From assembly GCF_036321535.1 (NCBI RefSeq), contig NC_087437.1:27034001-27098000 (forward strand): a DNA stretch of 64,000 nt. Direction: 5' to 3'. Of the stretch, positions 29,178 to 42,515 are shown piece by piece. Within the stretch, counting starts at the first letter, position 1. Every line of letters begins with the position of its first letter. This DNA is from Camelus dromedarius. Lineage: Eukaryota. The notes under the pieces were generated by a model, which had not been told where the DNA came from, ran no database searches, and saw only the letters and a list, made by a program, of their open reading frames with translations. A program made the position numbers and the translations under genes.

Positions 29178-29682
29178 GTGAGTTCTGAATAGTTTGCATT
29201 CTATGATAAATATTAAATGATTTACAATAAGCATCAGATGTTTCTGTTTTTCATAATTATGCTAAATTACCTCTTTCTATGGTCTTCACCTACTTCCATG
29301 GCTTTAGAATAACATCTGTATAATGATCCTTGAATGTATAGCTCTGGAGAGCTCTAGTCCTCTCTTCTAGGAGCTATACCCAGAAATCCTAAACAGTGTT
29401 TACTCCCAAACTGTTGATTATGTCAGCTTCCTGTAATTCTTTTATACTCCAGTTTGCTCCTTCCCTGGCATTTCTCAGTTGTTTAATGGCACTGTTAACA
29501 TTCTACTCAGCTGCCCGTATCAGAAACCTAGGATAACGTCACTTTCCCTCTTACTCTCCATATCTAATAGATTACCAAATTCTCAGTTCTGCCTTTTACA
29601 TTTCTGCGTCTATTTATCTCCATTGCTAACCACCCTAATCCAAGCCAGAATGATCTTGTTATGCTCAAATACATTGTCTAAA

Positions 29683-30310
29683 CCAGAGATTGGCAAATAC
29701 AGCCTATGAACTAACAGTGGCTTTTACATTTAATGGTTAAAAAAAGAAGAATATTTTGTGATATGGAAGTTATATGAAATCACAATGTCAGTATTTGTAC
29801 CTAAAATTTTGAGTTTCATCAATGAAAAATTTGTGAAAATTTATCTCTCTAGTTATGTAAGTATCTATGTAATATTCTTGATTTTGCCTCTTGGTCCATA
29901 AGACCTTAAATATTTACCATCTGGCCTTTTACAGAAACATTTGCTAGCATCTGCTCCAAACAGTTGAATTATTTAAAATAAATTTTTTAAAATACACATT
30001 TCCTCTTATTGCTTTACTGCCTCAAATCTATTGAATGTCTTTACTTTGTTCTCAGGATAAGAACATGTAACATGGCCAAAAGGCCCTGCATGATGTAGCC
30101 TAGGCATGGGCAAACCATAGCCTCACGGACCATGTGCCCTGTTGCCTGCTTTGTAAATAAAGTTTTATTGGAACACAATCATTCACATTCATTTATGTAT
30201 TGCCTGTTACCACTTTCAGGCTACAATGAGTGTTAAGTAGCCAGGACCCACTGTATGTCTTCCTGAGCTGAAAATGCTTACTCTCTGACCCTTTGTTTGT
30301 TGATCCCTGA
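29683..30310. mobile_element. Two adjacent hAT-Charlie (MER58-like) fragments (about 29683-29955 and 30103-30310)
   Basis: ttggcaaa..., gtaaataaagttttattggaacac, tatttaccatctggccttttacagaaa motifs. Confidence 0.65.
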
Positions 30311-30687
30311 TCTAGTCACTGCCAACTTCTCCAGCCTCTCTTGTACTACTCTTCTGTATTTCAGCTTTCACATTAATAATCTCTCTCAATTTTAATATCT
30401 CTCAGTTTTAACAATAGTAAGTACAAAGGCTCCTTTCCAGCCTCTCATATGTCCCTCTCATAGCATCTTCTAGGTTTTATTCTTAGTATACAAATGTGAT
30501 TTTGTAGCTATTTTTTATAGTTCTTTTTGTATTTCCCCCTACTAGAATGTAAACTTTGTAAGAGCAAGAAGCTTAATTCTTTTGCTCACTTTCATATCCC
30601 CAGCTGTGTGCATAGACATTTATAGAATGAATGTGTATTATAGAATCGTCTTTAATTTGGAGGGGGCGGTACCATTTATTTTTATAG

Positions 30688-30812
30688 ATGTTCCTGTGTG
30701 GTCTAAGCTGGAATCTGGTCACCTTCCATCCATGCAACAGCTTGTTCAAATTCTTGACAATGAAATGAAGCTCAATGTGCATATGGATTCAATCCCACAT
30801 CATCGATCATAG
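30688..30812 (+). CDS. SELENOT: SELENOT coding exon 5 (C-terminus, TAG stop); exon continues as UTR to 30841
   Basis: tttttatag|AT GTT CCT... gives (D)VPVWSKLESGHLPSMQQLVQILDNEMKLNVHMDSIPHHRS*. Coding exons sum to 137+111+127+88+125=588 nt, i.e. 195 aa plus stop. Donor T|GTAAGT at 30842. Confidence 0.98.
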
Positions 30813-30849
30813 CCCCACCTATCAGCACTGAAAACTCTTTTGTAAGTAG

Positions 30850-30983
30850 CTTACATTGTTTCCTTTTGGAGGGGAATAGTAACTAGGTTTATTTATTTAT
30901 TTTTTGATGGCGGCACTGGGGATTGAACCCAGGACCTCCTGCATACTAAGCATGTGCTCTACCACTGAGCTATCCCTTCCCCC
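30850..30983 (-). mobile_element. tRNA-derived SINE (Vic-1-like) inserted at the SELENOT intron-5 donor
   Basis: Reverse-complement SINE body, flanked by the direct repeat TGTAAGTAG at 30841-30849 and 30984-30992. Confidence 0.9.
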
Positions 30984-31161
30984 TGTAAGTAGTTTTAAAA
31001 TACAATAACTTTGTATAGGTATCAGTTAATTCTCATGAATCAACAGGATATTACATATATTAGCATAATATATATTATATTAATAATAGATATTACATGT
31101 TTGTCACTTGAGTTTCCAACTTAAGATTTAACAGACGGATATTTTCTTCATTAAAATTTAT

Positions 31162-31311
31162 GGGGGGAAGGTATAGCTGAAGCAGTAGAGTGCATGCTTA
31201 GCCTGCACAAGGTCCTGGGTTCAATCCCCAGTACCTCCTCCAAAAGTAAATAAATAAACTCAGTTACCTCCCCCTCATAAAAAAAAAAAGAAAAAAACAA
31301 GAGGGAAAAAA
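31162..31311 (+). mobile_element. tRNA-derived SINE (Vic-1-like)
   Basis: GGGGAAGGTATAGCTGAAGCAGTAGAGTGCATGCTTAG...GGTTCAATCCCCAGTACC plus an A-rich tail. TSD aaaatttatg / agaatttatg. Confidence 0.9.
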
Positions 31312-31717
31312 AGAATTTATGAATGACCAAGAGAGAGTTTGGAGCTGCCAAAATAAAGTAAGGTTATGCTATTAATTTTAAGTTTAAAGCTTAATAATTG
31401 GGCCTATAACATCAGTTTTTTTGACTGTGAACTCCTGATGGCTAGAATTCATACATTATGCTTCCTACATACATACCCTCTCCTTACCTTCAATAACTAG
31501 TTCCTAAAACTATGCAAATCCTTTTCACATGTTCAGGATAGAAAATTTATAAGCAAATGTATATGAACACGGAGAGGTGAAAGTTAATTTTGTTTAGCAG
31601 AGATGTTCTCAGTTCTTTTCTGATCAATGAGTTGATTTTACAAGAGTGAATTTTGAAATAAAATATTCCTTTTTTCTGTGTATCTTTCAGACATTAAGGG
31701 ATTTTTACAAGAGCAGC

Positions 31718-31790
31718 GTGACTGACATTATGAAGGCCTGTACTGAAGACAGCAAGCTGTTAGTACAGACCAGATGCTTTCTTGGCAGGC
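31718..31790 (+). promoter_or_regulatory. SECIS element (type II)
   Basis: ATGA core at 31730-31733. Helix GGCCTGTACTG pairs with TAGTACAGACC (one mismatch), unpaired AA at 31746-31747, apical ministem ACAG-caag-CTGT, and 3' core AGAT at 31772-31775. Confidence 0.95.
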
Positions 31791-34197
31791 TCGTTGTACC
31801 TCTTGGAAAACCTCAATGCAAGACAGTCTTTCAGTGCTGGCACATTTTTGAATTCTGCACATTCGTGGAGTGCAATAATACTGTATAGCTTTTTTCTTCC
31901 CCAAATCTACTCAGTTAATAGTTTTTAAAAAAATGAAGACATTACCACTTGTACCTTTTTTTTCTTGGCCATATTTGAAAAAGTAGAAAATTGAGTTGCA
32001 ATTTGATTTTTTTTCCAAAGATGTCTGTTAAATCTGTTGTGATTTTATATGAATTTTCCTTTTTTATAGTTTAAAATTGATCTTTTTAGGACTGTAGCTG
32101 AAGTTCCCAAATACTTTATAAGAGTTTATCAGACATCTCTAATTTGGTCATATCCAATTTATATAGTTTTCAAAATACTGCAGATTGTGAACAGGGCATC
32201 ATATAAGATTATGGGGGTAAATCCTATATCCAGAGTACTCTACCAGTTTGTGTGTATGTGTGTGTGTGTGTGCGCGTGTGTGATTACCAGAGAACTACTA
32301 AAAGACCAACTGCTTTTTAAATCCTGTTACGTAGTTCAAGTGTCTTGCCTTGACCAATTTAATGAATTGATTAACTGGGCCTTTATACTTAACTCAATAA
32401 AAAACTAAGCAGATGTAAGCTAAATAAAAAGTCTGAATTTACTGCCCAGCGTACCTGTTAACATTATATTTAACAGTTGTCTGCCTAAGTTTTTGCTTTT
32501 GACTCACAGATAATTTCCTAGGGGATAAACTTTAGATTCACACACAAATAATAGATCATTTACCATTATTAGGATAATTAAAACTTGCCTCACTAAAGAA
32601 AGTTTAGTTGAACCTCTTTACAACATTAATATTAGGTGAATGGATATCACTTGTCTAATAATTTAACTTGTCTAACATCATATATCAGAATTTATTATAT
32701 TTGAGAAACAAAATTGAAAAGTTTTTTATTCAGTGAATTTAATATCTTTCCAGAGTTCTAAAAAGATAGTTTTTTTTTTAAATTTAAATTGATAAAAACA
32801 GTAAGTTAGCAGAAATAGGACCATAATATAGAAAAATAGTCATACAGCAAGTCATAATGTACTTCAGCTTCCTTATAGGAATAAAAGTGGTAGGTCTAGA
32901 TTTGTTAGTGGAAGTTAAGGGACTTGAGGAAAAGTTAGGAGACAATTTAACACTGGACTCACCAGACACTTAGCACAACCTTATACTTCATTTGTCTGTG
33001 AATATTTGTTGAAATGCATGTCTGATAATAATCATGATTGTGACAGCCTCAAGATGAAACATACTGTAGTCTCTAGCTGAAAAAGAAGTTAGTCTAATAA
33101 TTCACTGCAGAAAATTGATTAAATGCTTTATCCTTTCAATTAAGGCTGCAGAACTATTAACCTAAGATCATACAGAGGCAAAAGTCAATACAATTTAAGC
33201 TGGAGGTTACTTAGAGGTTATTAGTCAAGTGTAATATTTTGTTATCTTTGACTAAGGCTTAAAACCTTGTTAACTTGATTTGTACCAGCTGAAACTTTTG
33301 CAAGTTGAACACACTACTGAGTGTGTGTAGGGTCTTTCTTCAGTGACAGACATTCCAGTAGTGACATTTAGACCTTCCAAACTTGAGCTTTGGATATTCC
33401 CATGCATCTGGCAGGCCAACCATGAGTCTCTAAGATTTAATTCTAACCTTTGCCATGTTTGCTTTGGGTGAATAACTTGTCTTTTGGAGAATAGTTTTAA
33501 GTGGCTTGGTCACTGATAAAACTCAACTATTTTGTTGACAACCATTTCAATATTATTTTATCTTTGGCCATATTTAAATCTAAGATTTAATAGAGTAGTG
33601 AAAAAATTAATAAGAAGTGTGAATATAAAAAAATATGAAAAAAGGGAAAGTTGGAATGTGGCTCCATTCCTAATATTTCAAAACTTATTACATAGTTGCT
33701 TACAAATTGGTGTGGTTGTGTCGTTTATAAATGTACTGTATTAGTTAGAGGACCACAGAACATGACAGCAGGTTGGCTAATGTTATTGGGGTTTTTACCA
33801 TAGTTGCTATGAAAGACATTTGTTAGATTACTTTTAAAAATGGTGGCAAATATGGCTTTATACCTCATCAAAATGTGCAGGATAAATATACTTTCAAAAT
33901 GTACATGCATTGTTTACTTATGGAACTAAGATTAATAACAACAGTTGATCAGCCTTTACCACTTTCAAAATATGACAGGATCCCAATGATGATTCTTATT
34001 TTGAATGTTATTAATTTGGGGACTTGATTGGTTGGCATTTTATCATTGTCATAATTTTAACTAATTTAGATTTTTAAAAATAGCGTACAAAATTTTAAAG
34101 CATGAGTTGATATTTAATATTGAGACTTAAAAAAAATCTATTGAGAGAAATATGAGGAATTGTAAAGTTTGGGAGCTTACCTCTATAGCTTTGTGAA

Positions 34198-34203
34198 AAT
34201 AAA
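34198..34203 (+). terminator. Probable distal poly(A) signal of SELENOT
   Basis: AATAAA at the end of the AT-rich, apparently repeat-free UTR-like block. Proximal alternatives at 32396-32401 and 32423-32428. Confidence 0.55.
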
Positions 34204-34937
34204 CTTTTATTACACTGATGTGAAAGGAATGCCTCCTTTCTGGAATTAAATCTGTGCTAGAGCACTTTATATGGTAACTGTATTTAGGAATACAGATTTT
34301 ACATTGAAAAAATTGTTGTCAGTAAGTAATTTTTCTAATGGCTTCTTAACCCAGTCAGTGCTAACAGCCCCTATCTCCCCCTCCCAGGCTGGCACTCAGA
34401 TCTCTAAAGTCTCACCACTCTGGGACCTTAAACTACTTCTTGAGCCTTATGGTCCAGTTGCGTGTGCTTCATTGTTGCTGAATTACCCATAGCTCTGTGG
34501 TGTATTCTGCACCAGGGTGGAGCAGAGAGGAGCAGTTTACTCTGTTATCTATCTTTATTCCCACCCTCCAGAATCCCTGAAAAAATCATACTAACATCCC
34601 CAAATCTGGAGAGAAATAAAGTGAGAGCTTCTCTCTTGACTGATATAGACAGTTTAACAATCTCAGAAGAGAAAGCAAAGTTCAAATATTTTTAGAAAAT
34701 TGAGCTGAGCCTTTTCCTTCACAGTCATTGGCTCTTTTTCGTAGGCTTTAGAAAAGCAAGTAGCAGCAGACCCAGATCTGAACTGTACCTTGAAGAGGAA
34801 TAGGAACTGGTCTCAGGTACAGTGCGAAGAGTGTTAAGTCACCCATTCTCTTTCAAGTCTTGTAGAGATGTCTTCTGTTGCCTATGTTAAGCATGAGCAA
34901 AATAACAAACAACATGATAACTGGGCAAATGTGTTAC

Positions 34938-35118
34938 AGCAGTGGTTTTAGAACTGTAGTGTGCCTAAGAATCATTGCGACAAGTTCCTAGATCCCATCT
35001 GTAGGGGTTTTGATTCAGTTGGTCTGAGAGGGGCCCCAATAATTTACACTTCAGCCAGGCTTCCAGATAATGACAAGCTGATGCTGTCAGTTTGTGGTCC
35101 ACACTGAGGACCACAGGC
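34938..35118. mobile_element. MER5A-like DNA transposon
   Basis: cagtggtt...gattcagttggtctg...ggtccacactgaggaccac. Confidence 0.6.
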
Positions 35119-38100
35119 AGAATGCAGAAGACCATGACAATCTGAAACAGCTCAAGGAACAGAAGAAAATTTTTGCTCATTTGCTTCACATTTATGGAAT
35201 GACTTAAGAATGCGAAGTTTAGCAAAATGAGAACCTAAAAGAAGAGAGAAACAGCATGAGAGGGAGATTATGTTTCTAAGAAAACAAATTGAGGACTTAA
35301 TTGTCCCAATTAATCTATTCGATCAGTGCAATGTATTTGTTATCCTTTGTTGGGTTAGTATTTTAAAACTTTGGATAGATGTTTTAAAAGGAAATGTTTA
35401 ATCTTTGAGTATAAAATAACTGATTTGATTTGCTAGATTTTCTTAGAGCAGAGCAGCCAAAATGCCTGCATTATGCTTATATTTTATAGTGACAACTGAT
35501 CTTGATTTTCACATAAAACAGGTTATTTAAATCCTTATCGTTCTGAGTAGAGAAAATGCGTACTTGTAGTTTTATTGTAGTCACCATAATAGAACTCTTT
35601 AAATCACTTGGGAAACCCAATCTGAACTTCATTAAGCGCCCTAAAAGTAGAGGATTTCCTTTAACATAACTGAAAAATCAAAATGTAGAGTTGGCCTCAT
35701 TTCATCACGAGCCTCCACCATAATTGGGAAGAAGATTGTGTGGGGCTGGGGAGGATGTGAGGGGAATGAATATTGACAAAGCCCCAGAAAGCACTTTGGT
35801 ATAACTTGGGTTACATTCCTATCTTTGGATTCTATTTCTCACTTAGTATTCACTAATAATTTTATCATCTGTTAACCGTTCCTTTTCTCTAGTGATTGAC
35901 TTTACTCCTTCCATCCAACTTCCTTCCTGTTAAAGATCATAACTGTTTAAGACAGGTTTATGATTTTGTGATTTTAAGCTGCTTAGACCAAGTGTTTAGC
36001 TATTTGGGAATTATCTAGAATGCATGGAACCAGCATTGGGTTGCTTGGCTTGGTTAGTAAAGAGAAATGTTAGAACCTGGTCGGTAGGTTGCTGCCAACA
36101 CTCCCTGGAGTCACTGGCTCTGCTCATTTACTTTGTGTACTAGCAACTCTTACTAGAGAAAAAAGCAATTACCACTCTTTTGTTTGTTGCTTCTTTTGAG
36201 TTGCTAAGAGCAGGTCTGTTTGCAGGGAAGCAGCTGATGACATTTTCCCATAAACATTTTTATTAATGTATTAGAAGATGCTGTGTTTCTTCTTTTAATA
36301 GTCCATAGGACCTACAGATGAGACACTATTTTTAAGGTATTAAAATACATAATGTATTTTAAACAATAGGTTACTTATCAGTGTGATTCTGCCAGTAAAG
36401 TTCGGTGATACACAGTTGTATGGAAATTTGGTGTGAAAGAGTTTGAGATCTACTTCAGTGCTCTAAAGAAAAGACCAAAAGAGATTAAGTATCTTGCCCT
36501 GATTCTATAGCTTTGTGGCAGTACAAAAACAATAAGAAAACCCTAAACCCTTCATGAGGCTTGGGGAAGGAGGAGCAAAAGCAAAGAGCTTTGTCAGAAA
36601 TTATTCCACGTGGGAAAAGATGAGACAGTAACAAAGCAAACTTAAAAACGTAATCTCCATTTCACTTCACAACTGTTTTCCCACTTTAAGATGGACTGGA
36701 AATTTTCACATCAACTAAACCAAAAATAAAAGTTGAGGGAGTGCAGGAGACACCAGAAGAAGAGGAGGCAAGTTGACACAACAGATTCTTGTCCTAACAT
36801 AACTTAACTTCAGGCTGCAGATTGACTCAGACCTGGAAAGACCCCTCCTCTAAAGTGGATTTAGGAAGTGCAGTTTTCCTGACCGATTGTGCTCCTTACT
36901 ATTTCCATGATGAGAATTGCAAAACAGAGCGAGATGACCAGTTCTAGGCAAGGCAGTTTCCCCATCTGTAAGATGGGTTTAAAAACACCATACCTGCTTT
37001 CAAGCTGGTGTTTGGATCTTATGTCGTCTCAAAGTTCTGGCAATTTTAGTTCAGTGAAGATGCTCTGTACTGCTAAACTCGGGCTTCTCGTTTCTGCCGA
37101 AGCACAGGTCTGCCTGGGGCTATGGCCTGAGGAGACCCCTTGCAAAGCACAATTTTGCCAAAGGCTTATTTTATAATTCATTCAGAAAAACTACTCCATA
37201 TTGTTCATGTTGCTTTTAACATAAAAAATGTTTTTTTGTTCTTAGTAACTCCTTAAATCTTCAAGCAAAATTCCCATTCCAGGAAACTTTCTCCAGAGGC
37301 TGTGTGTAACCCCTGCTCCACTGCATCTTATTTTCCTGGGGGTAGGGGTGTGTGTGTGTGTACATGCTTGTACAGACCATCCTAGGAAGCAAAGTGATCT
37401 ACATTATAGTCATTTCCTTTAAATGTACATGAACTTCCTATATAATCTGCAGTAAAGCACTAAATTTAAGAATTATTACAGTAACTGAAGAGGATGTGTT
37501 CCAGGAAATTTGTATCCAGAAGACGCATTTGGAAAGATAATATGAGAAGTATAACTGAGTTCTAAAGTGTCACATAAGGAGAGTTACAACTCAAAAAACT
37601 AATTAAATACTGTCCAGAGTAAAGTAATGACAAACATGCTGAAAACATAAGCCTCTGGGAAGCTGTGATCAGAAGCAGCTTTGAAATAACTTTTTAAAAA
37701 GCTAGCGTTGGTGTAGGAGTGAGTATGTTTTTCCTCTTGAGACATTTGTATTAATGGGTTGGATGGTAAAAGGTGATTAACATTCCAGACTGGTAGAGTC
37801 CAGAGATGTCTTCCCACAATTAACATAACCTGTGTTTAAATCCGCCAGGCTTCTACCTTTCCTTAGGCTGACTGAGGGGAAAGGGAGGGGACAGAAATAG
37901 CTTTGGAGTATTCACTGAGGGACAAGCAAATCCACAACTTGAAAGTCAATCCTATTCTTGGGATATTACAACTTCAGAATAGTGTTTGCACTTAGTTTCT
38001 TAAAACAAGGGGTTTCTATGTGCTACATAACGTTGTGGATAACAGTTGTGAAGACGTATGATACAGTTCTGCATTCAGGGAGTTTAAACATTAAACAGCA

Positions 38101-39589
38101 AAACATGAGAAGTCCTGATAAAAAAAAAAGCCTAATCAGAGGGGCTACAGGCATGGAGGGATGGGGCATTGGATCTAAATCCTTAAAGACAAAGTTTTTG
38201 ATGATGAGGGAGAGGAATTGGGGAGGCACAGAGGAACAGCATTTTAGAGATGGGAAAGCACAGAGGCACAGGGTCTTTGTGATAATTCCTGCAGGAGAGG
38301 TATCTGGGAGGGGGCAGAGGAAGAGGTGATCTGGTGGGAAATAGGCTGGAAAGGTAGGTTGGGGAAAGATGGTGGAGAGCACTGGGAGCTGAGGAGCTGG
38401 GCTTGTTCTGTGGTTGGATAGCCAAGGAAGGTTATGTACAGATGAGCAGTAGGATTAGATCTGGGTTTTGAGGTGATTTGGCTGTAGCGACGATATGGGA
38501 GTGTGGAGTGGAGGGGAGGCAGAGAGGGAGAAGGGATGGCAAGGCTCTAGCAATATTATTCTGGCATTCTCATAGCACCTCTTAGGTATTGGACCTTGGG
38601 TATATATAAATAAATTAGTTTTATTCAATTTTAAAAAGTCAATGTCAGCTTTTGTGGTCAGAGTCCCTTTATATTCTGGAGTTTTCCTTTACTTTAGAGT
38701 TCAGTTGATGCTAAAATTTATACTCCTTTAAAATTACCTTCCTTAAATCTAATGTCTCATCTTTACAATCCTTGGGTATCATTCAAACTGCTCTTTGTAT
38801 CTATTTTTGCTCATTGGCTAAAGAACCTCCCTTCTTGCCCCGAGAGCATGAAATCTACTGTAATTAAAGTGTCTGGTGGTTTAGTATGGTTATTCTTTCT
38901 TGGTTTTTTGAGAATCCATCCTTGCCCTTTGTGACCCAGTCCAGAACATAATCTTGGCTTTAATCCCCAGAGACAACAATACTCTGTATGTCCTGTAAGT
39001 ATTGATTTCATGAAGGACACAGCTAGATACTCATGCAGAGAGTGAATTTTTCTTACTCTGAAGGAAATTGTATGATGGAGATTAAACTGACTACTTTCTT
39101 GGACTGAATGAGAACTCCATGTCAATACAAGTATGAGTAGGACCTAAAAGTCTTGTCTTGCTGAAATCTGAAATCTTACCAGGCCTGTGCTGGGCTGCCA
39201 GGTGCATAGAGGATCCTCATTCCGACAGCAGTCAAGATGGCGTAATGCACTTGCTTGTCTCTGGGGAGTAATGAGCAGTGACTGAAGACTTCTCAGGGGT
39301 TCCTCATGGCGTTGTAACTCTCCATCTTTCACCTGTCTCAGAAATTCCTGAAAATCATTTAGTTAAAAGATAAAAAACATTCTGCGAGGGGAACTCATGC
39401 TTCTGGCCATGATGGAGTAACTGGAACCCACATAAACTTCCTGGATAGAAAACTAGAAGTAGACAAAATATATGAAACAACTACTTTCAGAAACTGGACA
39501 ACAGGCAGTGCAGGACCCTAATCCCCAAGAGAAAGAAAAATGACAAGGAACCACATACAGTGAGTGGTTCAGGCTTTCTGCTGAGAGGC

Positions 39590-39972
39590 TATTTTAGCCT
39601 GGGCCGCCGTAACAAAATCCCACAGACTGGGTGGTTTGAACAACAGAAATTCATGTTCTCACAGTTCTAGAGACTAGGAGGCCACAATCAAGGTGCTGTC
39701 AATGTTGGTTTCTGGTGAGGCCTCTTCCTGGCTTGTGGATGGCTGTTTCCTCACTATATCCTTGTGTGACCTTTCTTCTGTGCCTATATGGAGAGAGAGA
39801 TCTCTGGTGTCTCTTTGTAAAAGACACCAATCCTATGGGATTAGAGCTCTCCCTGTATGACCTCATTTAACTTTAATTACCTCCCTGAAAGTCCCTGGCT
39901 CCAAATACAGTCACACTGAGCGTTCAGCCTTCAGAATATGAATTTCAGGGGAACACAATTCAATCCATAACA
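39590..39972. mobile_element. MLT1-like LTR inserted in an older + strand L1 5' region (about 39395-40825)
   Basis: ccacagactgggtggtttgaacaacagaaatt...ctcacagttctagag...tgacctcatttaactttaattacctc...cacaattcaatccataaca. Confidence 0.8.
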
Positions 39973-42022
39973 GAAGTACTTTGCAGGCTAAGGTGCACAG
40001 AAGGGGGATCCCATTAAGCGCACCGTCATGTTACCAAGTTGAGAAGGCAGGTTGGAGTTCAAGGAGGCGGCTAGAATTTGTAGGGCAGACAACCGTAGAG
40101 GAGGGAGCTCCGCAAGAAAACAGCCACCGAAGTTTCCATAGTACGGAGTTTCCTTGAGTGTATTGCTGAGACCTCATAAAACTGCGCAAAGAATGAGGAA
40201 TTGCAAGCTGAACAATTACCAGAGCTCAAAAGGAGTGGGAAACATTCATGTTCTGAGCTGCCAGAATGGGGAGTTATACATTTAGGGCATTCAGTAGAGA
40301 CCCCAGAAGGGTCACACATTGGCAGTAGGGCTAATCTAGCCCAGAGTAAAGTTTACCCAAAAGCTTAATAACAAGCCTTGCAAGGCTCGACATAACCCCA
40401 AAGTCACCTAACTGCCTCACTGAACAGTCTTATATCCTTAGAAGGAAATAACAAAATTTGACACTCCCCCAATGTAGGGCTTGCTATGTCAATCCATTAA
40501 AAAAAGTTGATATACATAGAGGCAGGAAAATGTGAACCACAGTCAGGAGAAAAACCAATAAATAGGAAGCACCCAGAAATGACTAACGATGGGATTAGCA
40601 GGCAAAGATTTTTAAACAGTTTTTATACATATGCTCAAATATTTAAAGAAAAACATGAATACAACAATGAGAGAAACTGGAGGTATAAAAAGAGAACCAA
40701 ATGGAACTTCTAGCAATGAAACAATACAATGTCTTATATGAAGATGGGCTTAAAAGATTAGGCACTCAGGAAGAGATCGGTAAACCTAAAGACATAAGCA
40801 AAAGAAACCAAACTGAAGAAAGAAAAATCCAGAGTAGCTGCACCATTTTACATTCTCACCAGCAGAGTATGTAGTGGTCCAATTTGTCTACATCTTCACT
40901 AGCACTTGTTATTTTATCTGACTTTGATTATAGTCAATCTAGTTGTTGTGGAGCAGTATTTCATTGTGGCTTTTAATCTGAATTTTTCTTGATAGCTAGT
41001 GATGGTGAGCATATTTTCATGTACTTATGGGCCATTTATATATCCTTCTTGGACAAACGCCTATTCTTTTGCCCATTTTTAACTGAGTTATTTGTCTTGT
41101 TACTTACTAAGTTATGAGTTCTTTATATATTCTGCATGCTAGACTTTTATCAGATGTATAATTTGCAAATATTTACTTTTTACGTTTGTCTTTTTACTTT
41201 CTTACTGGTGTCCTTCGATACACAAAAATTTTTATTGGTGAAATCTGATTTATCTTTGTTGTTGTTACTTTTGCTTTTGGTATCATATCTGAAAAACCAT
41301 TGCCTAATTCAAAGTCATTAAGATTTATCCTTATGTTTTCTTGTAAGAGTTTTAGAGTTTCAGTTCTTACAGTTGGGTTTTTTGATCCACTTTGCATTAA
41401 TTTTTGTATATAGTTTAAAGAGGACTCCAACTTTGTTTTTTGCGGAGTCCAGTTATCCCAGCACCATTTGTTGAAGACTTGTTTCCTCATTAAACTGTGT
41501 TGTCACTTTGGGAAAAATCAATTGACCATAAGTGTAAGGGTTTATGTCTGGATTCTCAATTCTAATCCTTTGTCTAGCCTGTGCCAGGAGGACACTATCT
41601 TGATTACTGTGGCTTTATAGTAAGTTTTGAAATAGGGATATATTAGTCCTCCTTTGTTCTTCTTTTTCAAGTCTGGGCTTTTCTGGGTCCCTTGCATTTC
41701 CTATGAGCTTTAGGATCAGCTTGTCAATTTCTGCAAAAAAGCTAGGCAAGATTTTAATAGAGATTATGTTAAATCTGTAGATCAGTTTGGATAGTATTGC
41801 CATCTTAACAATATTAAGTCCTCTGATCCAAGAACATGGGTCTAATTCCATTTATTTACATCTTTATTTTCTTTCAACAATGTTTTGTAGTTTTCCGTGT
41901 ATAAGTCTTGACTTCTTTTGTTAAAGTTGTACCTGGACATTTTATTTTTTGATGCTATCATAAATAGAATTGTTTTCTTGATTTCATTCTTAGAATGGTC
42001 ATTGCTAGTGTGTAGAAATACA

Positions 42023-42323
42023 ATTTTTTATTGAAATATAGTCAACTTACAATATTGTGTTAATTTTTCTAGTGTACAGATAGTGATTCATTTATAAATA
42101 TGAATATATTCCTTTTCATATTCTTTTTCATTATAAGCCATTATAAGGTATTTAATGTAGTTCCCTGTGCTATACAGTAGGACCTTGTTGTTTATTTTAT
42201 ATATAGTGATTAGTATCTGCAAATCTCAAACTCCCAACTTATCCCTCTCCACTCCCTTTCCCCGACTGGTAACCATAAGTTTGTTTTCTATATCTGTGAG
42301 TCTGTCTCTGTTTTGTAAGTTTA

Positions 42324-42379
<56 letters not shown>

Positions 42380-42515
42380 AAGATTCCACATATATGTGAT
42401 ATGGTATTTTTCTTTCTCTTTCTGGCTTACATCACTTAGTATGATGATCTCCAGGTCCATCCAAGTTGCTGCAAATGGCATTATTTTATTCTTTTTTAGG
42501 CTGAGTAGTATTCCT
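42023..42515 (-). mobile_element. Nested 5'-truncated L1 with internal (GT)n
   Basis: Perfect TSD TAGAAATACA at 42013-42022 and 42516-42525; encodes [16 protein letters not shown]. Confidence 0.9.
42326..42376. repeat. (GT)n microsatellite, about 25 units
   Basis: Read directly from the sequence. Confidence 0.95.

Larger units (their letters stand above)
31691..34220 (+). other. SELENOT: SELENOT terminal non-coding exon 6 (3'UTR)
   Basis: Acceptor ttttctgtgtatctttcag|ACATTAAGGG. Carries the SECIS and resembles the mammalian SELENOT 3'UTR as I recall it. AATAAA at 32396, 32423 and 34198. The 3' end is approximate. Confidence 0.8.
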
